A stretch of DNA of 32,000 nt from Methylophaga frappieri (GTDB lineage Bacteria > Pseudomonadota > Gammaproteobacteria > Nitrosococcales > Methylophagaceae): NCBI RefSeq assembly GCF_000260965.1, contig NC_017856.1, forward strand, positions 360,001 to 392,000, in the 5' to 3' direction. Under the pieces are notes generated by a model. It did not search any database, was not told where the DNA came from, and saw nothing but the letters and a program-made list of their open reading frames with translations. Positions 25,621 to 32,000 of the stretch are shown piece after piece (within the stretch, counting starts at the first letter, position 1; each line of letters starts with the position of its first letter). The position numbers and the translations under genes were made by a program.

Positions 25621-28600
25621 ATGGCATATACAGACTTTACAAACTGGCCCATGGATGACCGTCAAAAATATCTGCAAGCAGGCTACTGGTGCCCCGTCAC
25701 ATTAGGACAACAGCTAGCCAACTGGGCACAAAGATATGGCGATAAGACTGCATTGGTTGACGAAAAAGGCACACTTAGCTATCACGAGTTGACTATCCAG
25801 GCAGATCAGACTGCAGCCGGTTTTTATAATCTGGGAATCCGCCGGGACGATCGGGTTTTAGTACAACTTCCCAATTGCAACGAGTTTGTTGTGACTTGTT
25901 TTGCTTTATTTCGCCTTGGCGCACTACCGATCCTGACAATGCCTGCCCAGCGTGAGAATGATATTTCCGCACTCACCGAACTGGCTGAACCCGTTGCCTA
26001 TATTGTGGCTGATAATTTCCTCGGGTTTGACTACCTTACGCTTGCCGAGAAGATGCAGCAGAAGCATGCCTGTTTAAAGCAGGTGATTGTCGTTGGTCGT
26101 AATTCCGGTTCATTTATCCGATTCGATACCCTGCAACATGAACCGGTCACGCTTGCCGAACCTGAATTTAGTGACCCTGCACTACTATTACTTTCCGGTG
26201 GCACAACGGGTACCCCCAAACTCATTCCACGCACCCATGCTGACTACATCTACAATGCCACAGCTTCTGCCGAATTATGCGAATTATCGGAAGCAACTGT
26301 TTATCTGGCTGCCTTACCGGTAGCACATAATTTTCCGTTGGCCTGTCCCGGTATTCTCGGTACCTTAAACGCCGGTGGCAAAGTGGTCATGGCCAAAACA
26401 CCAGGCAATGACGAAACGTTTGATTTAATCGAACGCGAGAAAGTCACCATCACTGCCCTCGTACCACCTTTAGTACAACTCTGGATTTCTGCTCGTGAAT
26501 GGGACAACACGGATATTTCCAGCCTGCGTCTATTACAAGTTGGTGGCTCTCGTTGTGATGCCGATCTGGCAAAACAGGTTAGTCCCGTGCTCGGCTGTCA
26601 ACTGCAACAAGTCTTTGGCATGGCTGAGGGATTACTTTGCTATACCCGTCTTGATGATCCTGACGACGTCATTATCAATTCGCAAGGCCGACCACTTTGT
26701 CCTGATGATGAACTGCGCATTGTTGATCAGAATGGCTTATCAGTCGCACCGGGCGATGTTGGTGAACTCCATACAAAAGGCCCATACACCTTGCGTGGTT
26801 ATTATCGGGCAGTCGAACACAATGCCTCGACATTTACCAACGATGGCTTTTATCAATCCGGAGACCTCGTTCGCATGACAGAACAAGGGAATCTTATTGT
26901 TGAGGGCCGAATCAAGGAACAAATTAATCGTGCGGGAGAAAAAATCGCTGTTGCTGAAGTTGAACATTTACTGAATCAGCATCCTGAAATTGAAAAATCT
27001 GTGTTGATTCCAGTGCCGGATAGGCATCTGGGCGAACGAAGCTGTGCGTTTATTATTACCGGTTCATCTCCATTAACCTTACAAGCCGTGCATCAATTTC
27101 TGGCTGACAAAGGCTTACCGCGATACAAATTGCCCGATCAATTAGTGCCTGTAACGAGCTGGCCACTCACCGCCGTCGGCAAAATTGATAAAAAGCGACT
27201 TCTTGTCCAAGCTGAAGAAGCCGCCGCAACACAACCTGTAACGCTGTCCACAAAAAACTATGCTGAGAACCGAATTAAGGTGAAAAGCGATCCGCTGGAT
27301 CTGGCCATGAAACTGGCTCGCTGTGGACTATCAGAAGATTATGTCATCTACGAAAAAGACACTGAATGGTCAATTGGTATCGGTAAATATGCCTCTATTA
27401 CAGGCGATAAAAACCAGGCAACAATGCGCTGTGGTGAGCAAAAAGAAATTTTTCAAAAACCACAACTAACTGCTGCTATCCATCAGGCAATGCAGGTGAT
27501 TCCGGTTCATGACTGGCGTGCCTATGGTTCAGCCAAGTTTGAGCTCTCTCATTTGTTTTACGGTATTCCCATGCAGCAGGACTCGGGAAACACACCTTTA
27601 CTGGATGTCTTTATTCCTCGTTACGAAATTCGTTTCAATCAAGGTGAAGCATTATTACGCACTATCGAAACCGCACAGTTGGACAAACTGGTGCTACTGG
27701 TTCAGCAACTCGATGAACAACCCACCGCCGACAAGACTCAAGGCAAGCCTGTTTTTGCTGACATCGAAAATCATCAATCGGCAGTCTATCAGGACAATGT
27801 CCAAAAAGCCGTTGAGGAAATCAAAGCCAATCAATACCAAAAAGTGATTCTTTCAAGACGAATTCCTCTGCCAAGTGATGTTGATATTATCGAAAGTTTT
27901 CGCATTGGCCGGCGAATGAATACACCGGCAAGAGCCTTCTTGGCTAATTACAGCGGTGTGCAACTTGCTGGATTCAGTCCCGAAACTGTGGTTGAAGTCT
28001 CTTCTGATGGCTGGGTGAGTACTCAACCGCTTGCCGGAACACGATCACTAGGAGACACTCCTGAGCAAGAACAGCAACTTCGTCAGGAATTGCTCAGCGA
28101 TACCAAGGAAATCGCGGAGCATGCGGCCTCAGTCAAACTTGCCCAGGAAGAGTTGGAAACAATCTGTACGCCAGAAAGCATCAATGTAAGTGAGTTCATG
28201 GGTATTTCGCGACGCGGTAGCGTGCAACACCTGACATCGCGACTGAAAGGCAAGCTGAGTGAAGGCAAACATGCATGGGATGCTTTCGAAGCACTATTCC
28301 CTGCGGTAACTGCATCTGGTATTCCCAAAAAAGGGGCGCTCGATGCGATCCAGCGTCTGGAACCCATCCAACGCGATTGGTATAGCGGCTGTGTAATGAT
28401 TGTTGATGAAAATGGCGCCATGGATGCTGCATTGGTGCTGCGCAGTATTTATCAACAAGGTGATGCCTGCTGGCTACAAGCCGGTGCGGGCATTGTCGAC
28501 CAATCCAAACCCGAGCGTGAACTTCAGGAAACGGTTGAAAAACTGAGTTGCATATCTCAACACCTGGTGAGCCGGCAACCCTCAATTGAATCTGAGTCCA

Positions 28601-28626
28601 CAACGAAGTCGACGGAGGTTTTGTAA
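25621..28626 (+). CDS. Bifunctional fusion: aryl-acid (salicylate)-AMP ligase (EntE/YbtE/MbtA-like, aa 1-~530) plus salicylate synthase (Irp9/YbtS/MbtI-like, aa ~545-1001)
   Basis: A single uninterrupted 1001-aa ORF. N-terminal half: LLLSGGTTGTPKLIPRTHADY, ALPVAHNFPLACPG, QQVFGMAEGLLCYTRLDD, YQSGDLV, GRIKEQINRAGEKIAVAEVE, LPRYKLPD...TAVGKIDKKRL. C-terminal half (chorismate-utilising fold): PLAGTRSLG, DTKEIAEHAASV, RRGSVQHLTSRL.G.L, WDAFEALFPAVTASGIPK, RDWYSGCV, DAALVLRS, LQAGAGIVDQSKPERELQET.EKL. Confidence 0.85.
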   Translation: MAYTDFTNWPMDDRQKYLQAGYWCPVTLGQQLANWAQRYGDKTALVDEKGTLSYHELTIQADQTAAGFYNLGIRRDDRVLVQLPNCNEFVVTCFALFRLGALPILTMPAQRENDISALTELAEPVAYIVADNFLGFDYLTLAEKMQQKHACLKQVIVVGRNSGSFIRFDTLQHEPVTLAEPEFSDPALLLLSGGTTGTPKLIPRTHADYIYNATASAELCELSEATVYLAALPVAHNFPLACPGILGTLNAGGKVVMAKTPGNDETFDLIEREKVTITALVPPLVQLWISAREWDNTDISSLRLLQVGGSRCDADLAKQVSPVLGCQLQQVFGMAEGLLCYTRLDDPDDVIINSQGRPLCPDDELRIVDQNGLSVAPGDVGELHTKGPYTLRGYYRAVEHNASTFTNDGFYQSGDLVRMTEQGNLIVEGRIKEQINRAGEKIAVAEVEHLLNQHPEIEKSVLIPVPDRHLGERSCAFIITGSSPLTLQAVHQFLADKGLPRYKLPDQLVPVTSWPLTAVGKIDKKRLLVQAEEAAATQPVTLSTKNYAENRIKVKSDPLDLAMKLARCGLSEDYVIYEKDTEWSIGIGKYASITGDKNQATMRCGEQKEIFQKPQLTAAIHQAMQVIPVHDWRAYGSAKFELSHLFYGIPMQQDSGNTPLLDVFIPRYEIRFNQGEALLRTIETAQLDKLVLLVQQLDEQPTADKTQGKPVFADIENHQSAVYQDNVQKAVEEIKANQYQKVILSRRIPLPSDVDIIESFRIGRRMNTPARAFLANYSGVQLAGFSPETVVEVSSDGWVSTQPLAGTRSLGDTPEQEQQLRQELLSDTKEIAEHAASVKLAQEELETICTPESINVSEFMGISRRGSVQHLTSRLKGKLSEGKHAWDAFEALFPAVTASGIPKKGALDAIQRLEPIQRDWYSGCVMIVDENGAMDAALVLRSIYQQGDACWLQAGAGIVDQSKPERELQETVEKLSCISQHLVSRQPSIESESTTKSTEVL

Positions 28627-31600
28627 TGTCGATGAGCAACACTGCTCAAATGCTGGAGCCGTTGAGCCGGGAAGGTATCATTGCGCAACTTGAAACGCTG
28701 CTCAATCAAAAGCTCAATGAACACCACACCACCAACCTGATTGAACTGGGTCTCGATTCGCTGCAAATCATGCGCTTGGTCAATCATTGGCGGCGTGCCG
28801 GTGCCAAGGTTACCTTCGCCAAGCTTATTGAAAAACCAACCTTGGAAAACTGGTTACCATTACTAACGGCAGAACCCGCTAATAGTCCAACTTTAGAGTT
28901 TGATGACCTGGTAAAGCAGACGGCGGCCAATTACGACAGTGAGCAACCATTCGACTTAACGGATGTGCAATATGCATATTGGATAGGTCGTGGTGATGAT
29001 CAAGCACTTGGTGGTATCGGCTGTCATGCCTATCTTGAAATTGACTCACTTTACGCCCCTGTTGATCCAGTCCGTTTGCAACATGCTTGGCATCAGTTAA
29101 TCAGTCAACACAGCATGCTCCGGGCTCGCTTTACTGAAGATGGCAAGCAATTTGTCTCTGATGAAATGCCTCAACCTGCGTTAACAGTTCATGATTATCG
29201 TCACTTGTCTTCCAACGAAGCAGAGCAGCATGCTCAAGCTATTCGCTCGCGACTTTCACACCGCCGACTGGAAATTGACTTAGGTCAAGTGATGGGCTTG
29301 GAATTGACTCTGTTTCCCGATGCCAAATCACGTATCCACTTTGATATCGATTTGCTGGTTGCTGATGTGCAAAGTCTGCATATTTTACTGCGTGATTTAG
29401 CCACCGCTTATGCCTCGGATAACGCCCTTCCAGCCGATTCAGGTTGGCGCTTTGCTCACTATCTGGCCATAGAGAATAGTCGTAATTTAGATAAAATTCA
29501 GCAGGACAAACAATACTGGCAAAATCGCTTATCGGATTTACCAACAGGCCCACAACTACCTTTGGCAGTCGATCCTGCCACTATCCAACGTCCAGAATTT
29601 TCACGTCGAACCTACTTCCTGAAGCCTGAGCAATGGCAAGCTTTGCGTCAGTTCGCCGCTTCACAACAGGTAACGCCATCGATGGTTTTGGCCACCGCTT
29701 ATGCCGAAGTCTTATCGCGCTGGAGCGCCGAGCCACAATTCTTATTAAATATGCCGTTATTTGATCGACAGACCGATCATGCCGGTATCGATAATGTCGT
29801 TTCCGACTTCACTAATCTACTGCTATTACAATGTGATCACCGACAGCCAGCTACTTTCATCAATCGGGTTAAACAAATCCAGCAGCAATTTCACGCTGAT
29901 GTAGCGCATGCCAGTTATTCCGCTGTCAGCATTCAACGTGATTTAGTCAAACAAGGACTGACTGAAGGCGTTGCTGCACCGGTGGTATTTGCGTGTAACC
30001 TCGGCACACCGCTACTCACCGAGCAATGTCACACCAGTTTGGGTGATCTGCATTACATGATTTCACAAACGCCCCAAGTGTGGCTCGACCATCAACTTTA
30101 TGAAATGCATGATGGTTTGTTGCTTGCCTGGGATGCAGTCGATGCCTTGTTTCCTGCACAATTAATTGACGACATGTTCAGTGCCTATACGAACCTTCTC
30201 GAATGGTTAGCCGCTGATCGTCAGCATTGGCAACAAATACCGCCAGAATTAATGCCTGCTTATCAATTAACCACCCGCGAAGCAGTCAACCAAACCCAAG
30301 CCCCCATAATCGACCGGGTGTTGCATCAAGGTGTGTTTGAACACGCCAAACGCTCAGCAGACAAGGTAGCCCTTATCTCAGACAATGCGTCTGTCACTTA
30401 CGCTGCATTGGCCGATAAAGCCCTGCGTATCGCCCGTCTGTTACACGATAACGGTCTGCAATCCGGTGATCCCGTGGCAGTCACATTGCCAAGAGGCATT
30501 GACCAGATTGCCGCTGTATTGGGTATTTTGGCCGCAGGCGGTTGTTATGTGCCTGTCGGTATTCATCAACCCGCTGCTCGGCAGGCCAAAATCCATCACA
30601 CCGCTGGCATAAAACTAGTGTTAACGGCTTCCGATTATCTTGAGGTGGAGACCCTGGCCTCGGTCACGCGATTGGATGTGGCGCTAGCCCGTTCACTGTC
30701 GCCTTTGGCTGAACCGGTTTCGGTCTCGCCGCAGCAGGCGGCGTATATCATCTTTACTTCCGGTTCGACCGGTGAGCCTAAAGGTGTGGAGATGGCCCAT
30801 GCGGCTACCGCCAATACCATTGACCATTTAAATCAGCGTTATCAGGTGGGACAGCATAGTACAGGCCTTGCCATCTCGGCGCTCGATTTCGATTTGTCGG
30901 TCTACGATATCTTTGGCTTGTTACAGGTCGGTGGCGCGCTGGTGTTGGTAGATGAGTCTCAACGGCGGGATGCAAATGCCTGGTTGAGTTTGATTCATCA
31001 ACATCAGGTCACGCTCTGGAATAGTGTGCCGGTGTTGTTGGATATGTTGTTGGTGGTCGCACAGAACGATAGCCGTCAATTGCCGTTTGAGCAGGTGATG
31101 TTGTCGGGCGATTGGATTGGTTTGGATTTACCGCCTCGCCTATTGGCCACGACCCAAACGATGCCGGCATTTATTGCGATGGGCGGTGCCACGGAAGCGG
31201 CGATTTGGTCGAATGTGTTTGAGGTGAATACGGCGATGGAAGATGGCCACTTGCCTTCGCAGTGGACGTCAATTCCCTATGGGAAGCCGTTAGCCAATCA
31301 GGCTTATCGCGTGGTCGATAGTTTGGGACGTGATTGTCCGGACTGGGTGCCGGGTGAGTTATGGATTGGTGGCCTCGGTTTGGCTAACGGCTATCGCGGT
31401 GATGCGACGCTGACGGCAGAGCGGTTTGTTGAGGTGGCGGGCAAGCGTTGGTATCGCACGGGTGACCGGGGCCGTTATTGGCCTGATGGCAATCTGGAGT
31501 TTTTAGGTCGGATTGACCATCAGGTGAAAGTACGTGGTCACCGGATTGAGTTAGGTGAAATCGATGCGGCGATGGCGACACTCCCCGAGATTGCCAGAGC

Positions 31601-32000
31601 GGTGGCGGTAACAGTAGGACAGCCGCCGGCATTAGCGGCCGCGTTTGTGGCAAAAGCCTCTAACTCGCTCGATACGGATGCCATTCGACAGGCGTTACAG
31701 CAAATCTTACCGGATTATATGGTACCGCCTACTTTGGTGCAGATGGCGGATTTACCGCTCAGTGCCAATGGCAAGCTCGATAGAAAACAGCTCGCCGCTC
31801 TGCTTGTGGAGCAGGTCGCAACCACCGAACACATCATCACGCCACCACAGACCACAGCAGAAAAAGTGGTCGCTGAACTGTGGCAGTCATTACTCGGGAT
31901 TGCGTCGGTTGGAAGAGAAAGTAATTTCTTTACTTTAGGTGGTGATAGTTTATTGGCCACACAGGTGGTGGCACAGTTAAGACAGCAAGGCTTGAGTGCT
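28626..32000 (+). CDS. Non-ribosomal peptide synthetase, ArCP-Cy-A(Cys-like)-PCP..., 3' end beyond the window
   Basis: ATG 28626 overlaps the upstream TAA (TAATG). The frame is open to base 32000, so it is absent from the ORF track. ArCP: ELGLDSLQIMRL (Ser codon 28758-28760). Cy domain: FDLTDVQYAYWIGR and DIDLLVADVQS (DxxxxD at 29349-29366, replacing HHxxxDG). A domain: YIIFTSGSTGEPKGV (from 30744), ALDFDLSVYDIF, MGGATEAAIW, YRTGDRGRY, GRIDHQVKVRGHRIELGEI, NGKLDRK. PCP: FFTLGGDSLLATQ (Ser codon 31947-31949). Confidence 0.9.
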   Translation, partial: MSMSNTAQMLEPLSREGIIAQLETLLNQKLNEHHTTNLIELGLDSLQIMRLVNHWRRAGAKVTFAKLIEKPTLENWLPLLTAEPANSPTLEFDDLVKQTAANYDSEQPFDLTDVQYAYWIGRGDDQALGGIGCHAYLEIDSLYAPVDPVRLQHAWHQLISQHSMLRARFTEDGKQFVSDEMPQPALTVHDYRHLSSNEAEQHAQAIRSRLSHRRLEIDLGQVMGLELTLFPDAKSRIHFDIDLLVADVQSLHILLRDLATAYASDNALPADSGWRFAHYLAIENSRNLDKIQQDKQYWQNRLSDLPTGPQLPLAVDPATIQRPEFSRRTYFLKPEQWQALRQFAASQQVTPSMVLATAYAEVLSRWSAEPQFLLNMPLFDRQTDHAGIDNVVSDFTNLLLLQCDHRQPATFINRVKQIQQQFHADVAHASYSAVSIQRDLVKQGLTEGVAAPVVFACNLGTPLLTEQCHTSLGDLHYMISQTPQVWLDHQLYEMHDGLLLAWDAVDALFPAQLIDDMFSAYTNLLEWLAADRQHWQQIPPELMPAYQLTTREAVNQTQAPIIDRVLHQGVFEHAKRSADKVALISDNASVTYAALADKALRIARLLHDNGLQSGDPVAVTLPRGIDQIAAVLGILAAGGCYVPVGIHQPAARQAKIHHTAGIKLVLTASDYLEVETLASVTRLDVALARSLSPLAEPVSVSPQQAAYIIFTSGSTGEPKGVEMAHAATANTIDHLNQRYQVGQHSTGLAISALDFDLSVYDIFGLLQVGGALVLVDESQRRDANAWLSLIHQHQVTLWNSVPVLLDMLLVVAQNDSRQLPFEQVMLSGDWIGLDLPPRLLATTQTMPAFIAMGGATEAAIWSNVFEVNTAMEDGHLPSQWTSIPYGKPLANQAYRVVDSLGRDCPDWVPGELWIGGLGLANGYRGDATLTAERFVEVAGKRWYRTGDRGRYWPDGNLEFLGRIDHQVKVRGHRIELGEIDAAMATLPEIARAVAVTVGQPPALAAAFVAKASNSLDTDAIRQALQQILPDYMVPPTLVQMADLPLSANGKLDRKQLAALLVEQVATTEHIITPPQTTAEKVVAELWQSLLGIASVGRESNFFTLGGDSLLATQVVAQLRQQGLSA

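Noticed and set aside
9795-32000. Idea that the tRNA-Asn fragment marks the boundary of an HPI-like island carrying the siderophore locus
   Set aside because: Fragment polarity predicts inserted DNA on the left side, not the right. Housekeeping-type cysJI lies between the fragment and the siderophore genes. No integrase or second att repeat is visible. The link is recorded only as a caution within the tRNA finding.
1-32000. CRISPR arrays, IS elements/transposases, prophage genes, toxin-antitoxin or defence-system genes
   Set aside because: No regularly spaced direct repeats, terminal inverted repeats, DDE/tyrosine recombinase motifs or small paired ORFs were seen. Every ORF over 200 aa is accounted for by the metabolic, transport or signalling genes listed.

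Overview
This looks like a gammaproteobacterial-type chromosomal window (inference from gene content), densely coded, with four functional blocks. No transposase, integrase, CRISPR array or rRNA was seen. (1) 1-9604: a phosphate-scavenging locus. A partial membrane protein with a degenerate GGDEF domain lies on the minus strand. It diverges from an apparent operon of TonB-dependent receptor, beta-propeller phytase lipoprotein, exbB, exbD, tonB and Tat-exported PhoX phosphatase. Near-consensus Pho boxes face both directions in the shared intergenic region. (2) 9605-11193: an orphan tRNA-Asn-like 3' fragment, a bidirectional terminator and a soluble PAS-PAS methyl-accepting chemotaxis protein. 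(3) 11608-16364: cysJ and cysI, followed by a type II sulfide:quinone oxidoreductase where enterobacteria carry cysH. (4) 16463-32000: an aryl-capped NRPS siderophore locus. It holds an EntD-type phosphopantetheinyl transferase and a minus-strand operon of two ABC half-transporter fusions (YbtPQ/IrtAB-like), a frameshifted COG1033/MMPL-like RND exporter, a LolA-like periplasmic protein and an outer-membrane beta-barrel. A Fur-box-bearing divergent promoter separates that operon from a 1001-aa fusion of salicyl-AMP ligase and salicylate synthase. Next is an NRPS (ArCP-Cy-A(Cys)-PCP...) that runs off the window. The most unusual points are the ligase-synthase fusion and the operonic link between the siderophore ABC pair and the MMPL-like/LolA-like/beta-barrel trio. 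All family assignments rest on motif reading by eye; no searches were run.
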